64,000 nucleotides of DNA from Ascoidea asiatica JCM 7603 (taxonomy: Eukaryota > Fungi > Ascomycota). The notes beneath the pieces were generated by a model that searched no databases, was not told the DNA's origin, and saw only the letters and a list, made by a program, of their open reading frames with translations. Of the stretch, positions 23,233 through 34,400 are shown in pieces (within the stretch, counting starts at the first letter, position 1; each line of letters starts with the position of its first letter). The position numbers and the translations under genes were made by a program. The DNA is taken from positions 1,050,483 through 1,114,482 of the forward strand of contig BCKQ01000006.1 of NCBI GenBank assembly GCA_001600695.1. Direction: 5' to 3'.

Positions 23233-25212
23233 ATGAAAAACTATAACTGTTATTTGAAAATAATGCTTATTAATGTTGGTCTTATCATGCAAAAGCTACC
23301 GAAAATACAGTCAAATCGAATTATTTGTAATCCTTTCTATAACAAATATACTTTGTCAACCTATTCAAAAATTAACTATCAAAAAATAAAAGAATTAAAG
23401 AACTATCAAAACATTACAAAGAATAATCATGTATTTACAAATATTAAAGACTTTAAAAAAAAAGATAATTTAAAAGATTTACCAGCTCATCTTATTTTTC
23501 AAAAATTGGGCTTTATTTCTCAATCTTCGTCTGGTTTGATTAATTGGTTGCCGACTGGTTTGAGAGTTCTTAGGAAGATTGAAAATATTCTCAATAAAAG
23601 AATGTTGGAAATTGGCTGTGAAGAGGTTTCTTTAACTTCTTTGAGTCCGGAGTCTTTATGGAAAAAAACAAATAGATGGTCGAATAATGAATTGTTTAAA
23701 TTGAAAGATTTGAAGAATTCAAATTACTGCTTAGCAGCAACTTGTGAAGAAGAAATCACGAATATAGTAAAATTGAACTTAGTTAACTCTTACAAAAATT
23801 TACCAGTTCTACTCTATCAAATTTCAAGAAAGTACAGAGATGAAAAAAGACCAAGAGCAGGTTTACTAAGAGCAAGAGAATTTTTAATGAAAGATGCTTA
23901 TTCTTTTGATTTGAATGAAAAAAATGCAATTATTACCTATAAAAAATTTGTTTCTGCATATAAAAAAGTATTCAAAGATTTAAAAATCCCTTTTGTTTCA
24001 GCAGAAGCAGATTCCGGTGATATAGGCGGAAATTTATCTCATGAATGGCATTATATTCACGATATAGGCGAGGATACTTTATTCCAATGTGATAATAGTG
24101 ACTGCAATTCAATTTCAAATTCCGAAAGAACTGTTTCCTTCCCAAAAGATGTTACTTATTTTTCAGAAAATGCAAGCGTTAGTTATTTCTTAACAAATGA
24201 TAGAAATACTTTAATTGCAGCTTATTATCCTTCTGAAAGAAAATTGATGCCTTCTTTCATAAAAAAAGAGATTCCAGATATAAATGTATCGGAAAAAACA
24301 ATAATATCGGATAGAGAAATCATAAACATATTTCAAAAAAGACAAAATAATGATGAATTATCTTCAAAACTAGAAATTATAAGAGTCATGGATGTTAGAG
24401 TGAAACCAGAAACAATCTTACCTGATTTTCCCAATGAGATTAAATTTCAAAGATCTTCGTTTCATACGATTAATGAATTAAGTATAATTGAAGCAGTTGA
24501 AGATGAAATTTGTGATAAGTGTTCAAAAGGATCGTTGAAATCTTTTAAATCAATTGAAGTTGGACATACATTTTATCTTAGTGATAGATATTCTAAACCA
24601 TTAGAATTAAAGACTATTAATGAAGAAGGTGAAATTAATTTCATTAGTATGGGGTGTTATGGTATTGGAGTTTCTAGATTGATCGGAGCAATTGCTGAGA
24701 TAACAAAGGATGAAAAGGGATTAAACTGGCCATCTGTTATTGCCCCATATCATTTAACTCTTATTTCAACAATCTATAATGAAGACATAGGAGCTTATGG
24801 ATATAATGATGAATTAAGAAAAACAATTGAGGATATTTATGAAAAATCATATGAAAATGGAATTGAGGTTATAAAAGATTTAAGGAATAATAGTAAATAC
24901 CCACTTTCATACAAGATTAGAGAAAGCAAAATGATGGGAATACCATTGATTTGCATAATTGGCAATAAATTTCTTGAAAAAAAACAAATTGAAATTGAAG
25001 TCAGGTCTAGATTTTTAGGTGAACTTAATAAAGAGACCAAAGTGAATGATGAAAAAGAAGAAGAAAGGGAATTGAGTTATGCTAAATTGTTCGATCTGAA
25101 AAAAGATGACTGGAAATGGGAAATTGTGACTGACAAGTATGGTAATGAAAAGCATTACGTTGATGTTAATTATTATATTGATGTGGTGAGAATTTTATTG
25201 AAGGATTTGTGA
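23233..25212 (+). CDS. AIM10: Mitochondrial prolyl-tRNA synthetase (start codon uncertain; first ATG at 23233)
   Basis: Class IIa motifs YQISRKYRDEKRPRAGLLRAREFLMKDAYSF, ADSGDIGG, IEVGHTFYL, MGCYGIGVSRL, WPSVIAP. Confidence 0.92.
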   Translation: MKNYNCYLKIMLINVGLIMQKLPKIQSNRIICNPFYNKYTLSTYSKINYQKIKELKNYQNITKNNHVFTNIKDFKKKDNLKDLPAHLIFQKLGFISQSSSGLINWLPTGLRVLRKIENILNKRMLEIGCEEVSLTSLSPESLWKKTNRWSNNELFKLKDLKNSNYCLAATCEEEITNIVKLNLVNSYKNLPVLLYQISRKYRDEKRPRAGLLRAREFLMKDAYSFDLNEKNAIITYKKFVSAYKKVFKDLKIPFVSAEADSGDIGGNLSHEWHYIHDIGEDTLFQCDNSDCNSISNSERTVSFPKDVTYFSENASVSYFLTNDRNTLIAAYYPSERKLMPSFIKKEIPDINVSEKTIISDREIINIFQKRQNNDELSSKLEIIRVMDVRVKPETILPDFPNEIKFQRSSFHTINELSIIEAVEDEICDKCSKGSLKSFKSIEVGHTFYLSDRYSKPLELKTINEEGEINFISMGCYGIGVSRLIGAIAEITKDEKGLNWPSVIAPYHLTLISTIYNEDIGAYGYNDELRKTIEDIYEKSYENGIEVIKDLRNNSKYPLSYKIRESKMMGIPLICIIGNKFLEKKQIEIEVRSRFLGELNKETKVNDEKEEERELSYAKLFDLKKDDWKWEIVTDKYGNEKHYVDVNYYIDVVRILLKDL

Positions 25213-25488
25213 TTAGACTATATTTAAAATTATAAATTTTATTGTGGGTTATTTAATATACATTGTAAATAATTAAGTGGACTAAAATATAATAAGATTG
25301 TATATAAAGCGTTTTATGGATATCAATGATACCAAATAAAATAAACAAGAAGTTGCATGATTTACATAAGAATAAACAACTTTAAATACTTCTTTCATTC
25401 CTTTTCCTTCAATTTTTTTGCTTTATTTGAATTTTTTTTCTTTGGGGGGTAGAATTACTTCAAGTGATTTTCAACAAGTTATCCAATA

Positions 25489-25824
25489 TCATTTGGAAAA
25501 AAACTTAGTGAATAGTTTTGAAATGACATGTAAACCAATGACAGAAAAAATAAAACCAACAGCCAAAAATAAGACTACCAAAGGATCAACTCTGAAACCT
25601 TGAGCTTCATCAGTATATAATTTAAGCATGGTAGCACTAGAGCCACCAGCACCTACAGATCTTGTAGATGCTGGTGTTTGATTGGCTTTTTTGTCTTGAG
25701 CAGCACGTCTCTTTTGCAAAGTTCTTTGGCCACCAGGGACATCGGAAGACTAAATAAAAACTTAGTTAGTTTGGAGAAAATGATAAGACAGAAATGGAGC
25801 TTAGGAGAGATAAAGACATACCAT
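25489..25824 (-). CDS. SBH1: Sec61 translocon beta subunit; exon 1 is the ATG only (25824-25822), intron 25821-25750, exon 2 25749-25489; 87 aa
   Basis: ATG|GTATGT donor, AACTAAC branch point, TAG acceptor give MSSDVPGGQRTLQKRR...LKLYTDEAQGFRVDPLVVLFLAVGFIFSV. Confidence 0.95.
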
Positions 25825-26323
25825 TATTATATAGGGCTTGACGAAAATAAAATATAGAAAGACACAGAATATATAGGACTCCTGTTTCTTATTATTATAT
25901 CTTTATATGATAATAATAATGATGATATAAATGATGATAATAATAATAGAATAGAATAGTGTTTTTATTGCAAAGTACTTAAGATAATATTTCATACATT
26001 TAATTCCCACATCGCTATTACCTATTTCTCAATGTAAGACGCTCACTTGACAGCTCAGCAAGCATCCTGGTACCAGAAGTACACGGTACTGTGTAATTTG
26101 TAATATGCCCTGAAAAATTTAACGATTGTCTCCCTGCACCAGATTGGAAAGTTATGGGTAAGCATAATAAAGATGGCGAAAATAGCACTGAAGAAATATT
26201 CAGACTAAACATCATTGAATTATTACATTTTGACTTAATTGTTTTTTCATAATTGCTTCTCAATTTCTGCTTCTATTTCTCAATTTACTCTTCTGTATTC
26301 TCTCAATAATTTGGTTGTTTATT

Positions 26324-29197
26324 ATGAGTAGAAGACGTAATCATAAAGGTAATTTGAATGTTTTTTTGAACTTCTCCTCCAAGGAAGATCTTAACTTCAA
26401 AGAAGCATTGAAACTATATGAATCAAAACAATACAAAAAATCTTTAAAAGTTTTAGATCCAATTCTCAAAAAGAATGCTAATCACTTACAATCACTTGCT
26501 TTGAAAGGTTTACTTTTGGATCAATATTCGAAATCAAGATTTGAAACTTCTTATAACTCAGTAAATTCAAATGATTCCGCCAGTGCCTCTCCTGCTTCTA
26601 ATAATTCAATCATTACAATTTCTGAGTACAATCAAAATCTTATTGATGCTAAAAATTATATTTTAAGAGCTTCAACCAAGAATCAAGATCAAAATGGACA
26701 AAAAGAGAAAATTAATGATCCAACTGTTTATCATATAATTGCAATTTATTACAAGCAAAATAATGATTATATCAACTCTTCCAAATTTTATCAATTAGCT
26801 ATTGATAATAATGCCCAAAATAAATCAATTTCGAGTGATTGGTCTTTATCATTAACTCAATCAAGACATTTCAGAGATCTAATTAGATCAAGATCCTTAA
26901 CTTTACAAAATTCCCCGGGATATAGAGCAAATTGGACTGCATTAGCAGTTGCTTATCATTTGAATAAAGATTATAAAAGTTCAGTAAAATATTTATCTCA
27001 ATTTGAAGAATTGGCTAAAGGTAAAATTTCCGACTCTGAAAAATATGAGCATTCTGATTGTTTACTTTATAAAAATTTAATTATTTTTGAATCTGGTGAT
27101 ATTCAAAAGGCGCTTAATGATTTGAATATTATTAAACCTGATGTTAAAGATTTATTGACTTGGCTAGAATTTAAAGCAAAATATCTTTTTTTATTAAATG
27201 ATAAAAAGAATTCCTCAATTATTTTTAGAACTTTAATCAAAAGAAATCCAGATAATATATCTTATTATCAACATTTAGAGTCTTGTTATGATTTGAAAAA
27301 AAACAATGAGAAAAATACCAAATTAAAATTGGCATTATATGATAAATTAGCTAGTTTTTATCCTAAATCTGATCCACCCAGATTTCTACCTTTGGTTTTC
27401 TTAAGGTCAACTGATCCAGAATTTAAACCAAGACTTCAAAATTATTTGTTAGAGAAATTAAAAAGAGGAGTTCCTTCAACTTTCAATAACTTGAAATCAA
27501 TTTACGAAAATCCTAACAAGATTAAAATTCTTGAAAATCTAATTTTACAATTTTTAAAATCTCTAGAGAAAACTAAATTTGATGGAAAATCTTCTGATCC
27601 AACCATTTTCCTCTGGACTTTATATTATTTATCTCAACATTATTTATATCTTAAAAACTTCGATCTTTCTATCAAATATATCAATCAAGCAATTGATCAT
27701 TCTCCAACATTAGTAGAGTTATACTTATTAAAAGCAAAAATTTTTAAAAAGTTAGGTAAATTTTCTGAAGCATCCGAGATTGTGAATGAAGCTAGATTAA
27801 TGGATTTACAAGATAGATTTGTTAACTGTAAAACCAGCAAATATTATCTCAGGGCCAATAATATTGAAAAAGGAATCTCGACCGTTTCTTTATTTACTAA
27901 AAATGATAAAAATCCTAATGGTTTAAAGGATTTAAATTTAATGCAAGCTAATTGGTATTTAATCGAAGAAGCTGAAGCATATTCTCGTCTTTATAATGAA
28001 GAATTAAAGTCTTTTAAAACTTTCCTTATTGCAAAGGGTTATAATGAAATTAAAGATGAGATTGTTTTAAAATTGAATAAAGAATTTACTGATAAAAGTG
28101 ATTTAAAAAAAAGAGATAATATAATCAAGGAAATCAAAATTAAAATTGAGAAAATCAATAAATTAAAAGGAATTTCAATCAAAAGATTTCAAACAATTAT
28201 AGATATTTTTAATATTTATTATAATGATCAATATGATTTTCATATGTATTGTATGAGAAAGGGTACACCAATTTCATATATTGAAATGATTAGGTATATG
28301 GATCAAATTTTTACACAAGGATTTTACTTAAGGGTTATTAAAGGATATTCGAATTTATGTTTTGAAAATAATTATGTAAACCAACAAATAGCCACAGAGC
28401 ATGAGAAAAGTGAAAATAACCTTTTAGATAATTTTAGTTTTAGAGATTATTTCATTAAATGGGAGAGATTAATCAATAAATACAACGAAATTCAATTAAT
28501 AAATCATCATAGTAAAAAGCATAATAATCAAATGAATAATTATAGAGATTTATTCAATGATAAAGAAATAAAAAAAATTCAAATTAAGAATGGAGATGTA
28601 GATCCATATGGACTAGAAATTATCCAAACGGATCTGATTGAGGATATTTTAGAAAAAATTTATGAAAGAGTTAATAAGCAAAGCTCTAAAATAATTTTAA
28701 TCAAAAAATTAGGGTTCAGAATCTATCTTAAACATAAAAAATTATTTTTATGCTTTCAAAATTTGAAAGATTTATCAAAACTTTCTGGAAATAATGAGTA
28801 TATGATTTTTTATAATCTTATTAAATTAAATGATTTGATTTCAAAAGATGAAAGTGAGATAATACCCGATAGTATTAAAAAAGTTTTAGATAAAACTATT
28901 CCTTTGACTTTCAAAGGATTTGATAAAACTAAACTAGCTGAATTTTTGGATAATAGTTTTAAACCTATACTAGAAAATAAAGAAAGAAAACAAAATGAAA
29001 TTGAAAAATTGTATTACATCAAAGCTAAGAAGTTGGTTGATTCTGAGGACTACTACAAAAAGCTTAAACCAAAGTATTTGAAAGAAATTTTAGACTGCAT
29101 TGAATCCAAAGTTTGTGAAGACAAAACCTTAAGTAGAAGTGATAAAATTATTTTTGAAGACTGGATACAGGAAGAAGATGGTGACTTTTTATTTTAG
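26324..29197 (+). CDS. NAT1: NatA N-terminal acetyltransferase auxiliary subunit (Naa15, TPR repeats)
   Basis: FKEALKLYESKQYKKSLK, PGYRANWTALAVAYHL, AIDHSPTLVELYLLKAKI, DLQDRFVN, DQYDFHMYCMRKGT. Confidence 0.95.
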   Translation: MSRRRNHKGNLNVFLNFSSKEDLNFKEALKLYESKQYKKSLKVLDPILKKNANHLQSLALKGLLLDQYSKSRFETSYNSVNSNDSASASPASNNSIITISEYNQNLIDAKNYILRASTKNQDQNGQKEKINDPTVYHIIAIYYKQNNDYINSSKFYQLAIDNNAQNKSISSDWSLSLTQSRHFRDLIRSRSLTLQNSPGYRANWTALAVAYHLNKDYKSSVKYLSQFEELAKGKISDSEKYEHSDCLLYKNLIIFESGDIQKALNDLNIIKPDVKDLLTWLEFKAKYLFLLNDKKNSSIIFRTLIKRNPDNISYYQHLESCYDLKKNNEKNTKLKLALYDKLASFYPKSDPPRFLPLVFLRSTDPEFKPRLQNYLLEKLKRGVPSTFNNLKSIYENPNKIKILENLILQFLKSLEKTKFDGKSSDPTIFLWTLYYLSQHYLYLKNFDLSIKYINQAIDHSPTLVELYLLKAKIFKKLGKFSEASEIVNEARLMDLQDRFVNCKTSKYYLRANNIEKGISTVSLFTKNDKNPNGLKDLNLMQANWYLIEEAEAYSRLYNEELKSFKTFLIAKGYNEIKDEIVLKLNKEFTDKSDLKKRDNIIKEIKIKIEKINKLKGISIKRFQTIIDIFNIYYNDQYDFHMYCMRKGTPISYIEMIRYMDQIFTQGFYLRVIKGYSNLCFENNYVNQQIATEHEKSENNLLDNFSFRDYFIKWERLINKYNEIQLINHHSKKHNNQMNNYRDLFNDKEIKKIQIKNGDVDPYGLEIIQTDLIEDILEKIYERVNKQSSKIILIKKLGFRIYLKHKKLFLCFQNLKDLSKLSGNNEYMIFYNLIKLNDLISKDESEIIPDSIKKVLDKTIPLTFKGFDKTKLAEFLDNSFKPILENKERKQNEIEKLYYIKAKKLVDSEDYYKKLKPKYLKEILDCIESKVCEDKTLSRSDKIIFEDWIQEEDGDFLF

Positions 29198-29416
29198 TTT
29201 ATATTATTCTATATATACGTCGAAATAAAAAAAAGCAAATTGTCAAATAATTGTTCCAAAATATACAGTAGAATCATTGAACTTATTTGCATGGGTATAA
29301 AACAAAATATGGTGCAGCGAAGTCATCAGAAACGTAGAGCACACGCTAAAAGCAATAAAGCGACATATAAAATTTACACGTGGTTAATTTATAGACCCAC
29401 TATTGAAAGTTGTTTT

Positions 29417-29434
29417 GGGGGGGGGGGGGGGGGG
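29417..29434 (+). repeat. G18 homopolymer
   Basis: 18 consecutive G between NAT1 and the Iec3-like gene. Confidence 0.95.
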
Positions 29435-29693
29435 TAGACCTCTTTCTGTTCAAAGACCCCGGAACTGGCAAAACACTATTAAAACTTAAGAAAAACATAA
29501 TAATCCCACATAATGTTTAAAGTTATGTTATTGAACGAACTTCTTGATAACATTGAAGATATTTTACTTATGAATACTGTTTCTCTCTTTTTATAATTCA
29601 AATTCTTATTTCGCTGCAATTTATTAATTTATTTTATTGACTTATCTTACTAAATTTTTTTACGCTTAGCAGCAATCAATCTCTTTATTAATC

Positions 29694-31295
29694 ATGGATT
29701 TAAGTCTTTTGGATAATCCAGCAAAAAAAAATTATAATGCTAATGATAATGATAATAATAATGATAATGAAAATGGAAATGAAAATCAAAGTATATCTTC
29801 AAAGAGAAATAAGTGTCAAGACAGAATAAGTAATGACGAAATGATCAATGATGAAATAATATCTACTTCAAATTCTGGTCAAGAAAAAGAGAATTTAAAT
29901 GATAGTTCTAAATCAAAGGAGTTAGATGCAAATTCAATTGGTACCAAAAAGCAATCTTTCATAAATACTTCTATTGACCAAAGCCCAAGAACCAACTCCG
30001 AGTTCAAATCTCATTCAAATTTGGTTGCCAATGTGAATGTCGAAGCTAATTCTAATCAAGAGAACAGTAAGGAAGATAGTGATACAAATTTCTATTACTC
30101 GGATGATGACTATAAGAATAAAGTAAATTACAAGAAAAAGTATGAATCATTATTATTAAAATTTCATAGCTCTTTATATAAATCTGATCAACTTTTCAAA
30201 AAGGAACAAAATATAAGAAAAGTTTTACTTCAATTAACAAGAAGGAATAGTTCTTTATTGGATTATCTATTAACTTTTGAAAGCTATTTTGGTAACAATA
30301 CCAAAACTGTAAAGAGTCTGAGTAATCACGATTCGAAAACAAATAAAACAGACAACATTATTTTTGATAAAGATATTAATCATAATAATAATAATTTAGG
30401 TAATAACAGTAATATAAATGAAGATCAATCTGAAATTCTCATTCATAAAAAATTAGCTCAAATAATTAAGAACAGGCCACAATTGTCAAAACTTTTGAAA
30501 CCCCTTATATTTCAGTCTCTATTGAATAAAAGTAAATCAATAGTACAAAACAATAAAATAAAAGACACTCTCAAAATCTATTATTATCTATTTGATTTAA
30601 TTCCTGATCTACCTTATGATTATACTTCACATTTTGCTTCCGATAAACAAAAAGAGATCAACTCATATGGCGATATAGAAAATTCAACACAATCAGCTTT
30701 TATGAAAAATAAGAAAAATATGGGAACCAATTTCAAAAACACTCAAAAAAAAAAATCAACAAACTCCACTTCGATTTCTGCCTTGGTCAAAGTAAAAACT
30801 TCTCAAAATTTCAAATTTAATCCATTGAATCAAGTAAATGAAGTGAATCCTTCTCAAACAATACCATGGTTAAAAAGAAATTATCCAGATATGCTAACTA
30901 ATACTACCAGTGATATATTACATACTTTAAAGCCCTTACCAAATTCTTCCGAGCATGTATTACTCAGTCCTAGCATACTTCTTCCTATTTCCTCTGAGAA
31001 CAATAGCACATTTTCTTCAACTGCATCCAATAAAACATTTTTGTTGGAAAATCCAATTAAAAAAATAAAAAAGTCTAATTCAATGAATGAAATGTTACAA
31101 AATTTCAATACAAATTCAAATCACACTTCGCCGATAATATCTAAAAAAAAAAGGAGAGCTTCTTCTTCTTCAAAATCAAAAGCATTATATTCAGGGAAAA
31201 ATTTAGGGATTAGTGATAGCTCTTTACCTCCTTTAAAAAAAAGAAAAAGCAGCATAAGCTTGGATTCAAAAGCTGAAAAGAAAAAGAAATCATAG
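29694..31295 (+). CDS. Putative INO80 complex subunit (Iec3/INO80E-like coiled coil), basic NLS-rich C-terminus
   Basis: YKKKYESLLLKF...DQLFKKEQNIRKVLLQLTRRNSSLLDYLL resembles the Iec3 N-terminal motif; PWLKRNYPD downstream. Confidence 0.6.
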   Translation: MDLSLLDNPAKKNYNANDNDNNNDNENGNENQSISSKRNKCQDRISNDEMINDEIISTSNSGQEKENLNDSSKSKELDANSIGTKKQSFINTSIDQSPRTNSEFKSHSNLVANVNVEANSNQENSKEDSDTNFYYSDDDYKNKVNYKKKYESLLLKFHSSLYKSDQLFKKEQNIRKVLLQLTRRNSSLLDYLLTFESYFGNNTKTVKSLSNHDSKTNKTDNIIFDKDINHNNNNLGNNSNINEDQSEILIHKKLAQIIKNRPQLSKLLKPLIFQSLLNKSKSIVQNNKIKDTLKIYYYLFDLIPDLPYDYTSHFASDKQKEINSYGDIENSTQSAFMKNKKNMGTNFKNTQKKKSTNSTSISALVKVKTSQNFKFNPLNQVNEVNPSQTIPWLKRNYPDMLTNTTSDILHTLKPLPNSSEHVLLSPSILLPISSENNSTFSSTASNKTFLLENPIKKIKKSNSMNEMLQNFNTNSNHTSPIISKKKRRASSSSKSKALYSGKNLGISDSSLPPLKKRKSSISLDSKAEKKKKS

Positions 31296-31409
31296 TATTT
31301 TAAAGGCTCTATGGAAGCGCACATAATATTTGTATTAATTATCAAACTATAGTTAGTTACAAATTATAATCATACTTTTAAATTCAGAATATGCTTTCTA
31401 ATTGAATAA

Positions 31410-34400
31410 TCATTTACTACTTCCTCTTCGACTATTATCAATCAAAATGAAATCAGGCTCTCCGTTATCTTCAAATGGATTTTTTGACCGATCTGGATTT
31501 ATTATCAAGAAACTATTTTCTTCATCTTTATCCGTCAAAAGATTAACCTTTGCCATTTGTTTATCATCGAGCCACCATTTTCTAGTATCTGAACTTGGCG
31601 GAGGTAATGATATATTATTTGCAGGTTCCTTATCCCTTTCAAAATTATCTTGACTATTATTACTGCTTTTTTCAGAATTTTTGTTTTCATTGGTAATAGC
31701 ATTTTTATGATTGATTTTATTATTATCTCCATAAATACTTTTATTTTGCTCTTCATTCTTAAAATCTTCTTTGATTACATCATTAATTAACATAGTAGTA
31801 CTTTTTGAACTTGTTCTTTTGAGTGAATGAGGCTGAATGGCTTTGTTGCTAATATTAAGATTTAATTTTTTGCTTAGTTCCACAATGTCCAGATTGATTA
31901 AATTATTAACTCCTCCAACTTTATTTTTGCATTTGTCATATAATTTTTGGGTGATATCATTTTTTATAGATTCATTAATAATATTCACTTTTGATTCAAA
32001 TAAACCATAAACTGGTCTATGATCTGAAAATTTAATTTCATTTGCACAACCATATGTTAATTGCTTCAAATTGTTCGTGTTTGACGATCTGCTAAGTATT
32101 CTATCAGTCCATGCTGGAATTCTCATCTTTTCCGATAAATCATAAGTCGACTCATTTTTATTAAACTTGTATGTAGGAGGAAATTTAATCTCCATTTCTT
32201 CGTAATAAGGAAAACTTTCTCCGTTAATCATCTGATTGTTTAGTTGATCATGTTCAAACAATTTGCTAAATTTTTTCTGTTTTATCAATTCTCGAACTTC
32301 ATCATTTGACATCAATATTCTATAATTAAAATCTCCAAGCCAAATAATTATATCGTGATCTCTAATTGTTTTATTGCCAGAAAACTTTAAAGATTTCACC
32401 AAGGCTTTGAAATTATTATGCCTTTCTTCTGTATTATTCAATCCTGCTGCTAAGTGAGATGTTATAAAACAGAACTTAGTGTCAGAATATTTGAAACTTA
32501 ATGCCATCCCCCCTTTATTTGCTAATCCAAAAGAGCCTGTTTTTTTTATACTACTTTCTATATTTTTAATGTGCTTAAACTGATAGTTCTTGATATAAAC
32601 CAATAAAAGAATCCCTCCGAGTTGACCGCCCCAGAGCATAACATATTTTTTCTGATCAATTATCGAATTTGCCTCATTTGAAATTTTTTCTTGCAGTTGC
32701 TGATATTTGAAAATTTTTTTAACCCGGGAATTTAGTTCTTTAAGAATTTTTATCTCCCAAAATTTTTTATTGGTGAAATCAGTATTAATCATTTGCCCTG
32801 GAGTTAATTCTACAACTTCTTCCAAACCAATAAAATACATGTCTGGTAGTAGGTCGTATTCATATATAGCCTTGTCTTCTATTTTCAAATCCATATCTAT
32901 TTCGGAAATTTTCTTAGAGCCATATTCTAATGCCAGGCTTTCACTTCTCCCTTCCTTAATATGCTCTTCAAAATCATTTTCTTCTTTAAGATCGCAGTAA
33001 CTTTCTTTAAAGTTTTGAAAATCAGTTTCGCCTTTATCATCGTCCTCATTGCATGAATAATATCCTTGAGAATTATTAGAAATAAAGCTTGGATTAGAGG
33101 CGTTTAAATGGGGAGTTAGATAATTGACATCAAGATTGGCGACCGTATTTAACTTTTTTTCTGACAGCAAATCATCAACCGAAGGGACAATACTTATTGA
33201 AGATGAAGCCTTTCCAGAATCATAGGAATTTTTCTTTTTGGTATTTTTTTCAAATTCTTGAAGCTTCACTTTTAGTAAATGGTTATGATTTTCTTCAGAA
33301 AATAACCAGTGAGAAAGACTTCCTTCATATCTCTCAGCGTTTATATTAAAAGTTCCTGCAAATATAGAAATGTCTTTCTTATAAGAGAACTTTTTTGATA
33401 GCTTTCTCAACTCTTTTTTAACATAATCTCCTAATGGATCAAAAATCATAATTTTAGAAGCAGTGAAATTTACTTTTTTTGATAAGTCTTCTATAAATTC
33501 TATATTTTCATAATTTCCTAAGATGCTATTTATAATAGCATTTCTTTTTCGAATTAAATATTCTTCATTCCCTATTAAATTATTATAATTATAATTACTA
33601 AGATTATTGAACAACTTTTTAGAAGTTGAGACAGTAATTCCTGCAAAATTATTCAAAAAGCCTTTTGTTTTTAGTTTCTTTTGCTTTTTTTCTTTATGTA
33701 AAGTTTTAATATCCATGTTGCTTCTATTCATACCGGTGATTGATCCGTCATTTTCTTCTTTTTCAGAGCCTGACTGGAGAACATCACTACTTTGATCATC
33801 TGTAAGGTTAGTTATTGAATCGTTATTATCGATAATTGTTGCTGACTTTTTGATAGATTTAATATCTAATTTGAACTTTTCAAAAATTTTTTCTAGCTGA
33901 ACAGAATTTTCATGTAATAATATTAAAATTCTTTGCCAAAATTCATTATTCATTTCCGAAATGTATTCTTGATAATATGTCTGAGAACCTTTTGATACCG
34001 GATAAGAATATATTAATTTAAGAGTTGTTTTCAAGAGCTTCTTCAAAATTAGCTGATAAACGGCGTCCGATTTACTAAAGCAGTCAAAGGAAATAAAGGA
34101 GAATAATCCAGTTTGCATTTGACTAAGCTCATTCATGTTAATCACTCTTTCATCTAAATCTTCAAGAAAGTTTTCTTTATTGATGTTGACAAAACATCCA
34201 AAGTTGAAACTGGACTCTTCAAAAAGGTAATGCAATTCCGATTTTATCTTGTCATTTCTTAATATATGACTGGTTTTGTAATTTATATTAACACAGTTTA
34301 AATTGAGTGAATTATTATCATTAGTTTTTGAAAATCTGTCATAATGGTTCATAAATAGTTTCAGAAGTTCATATTCAAGTGATTCTTTTTTATCCTTTTT

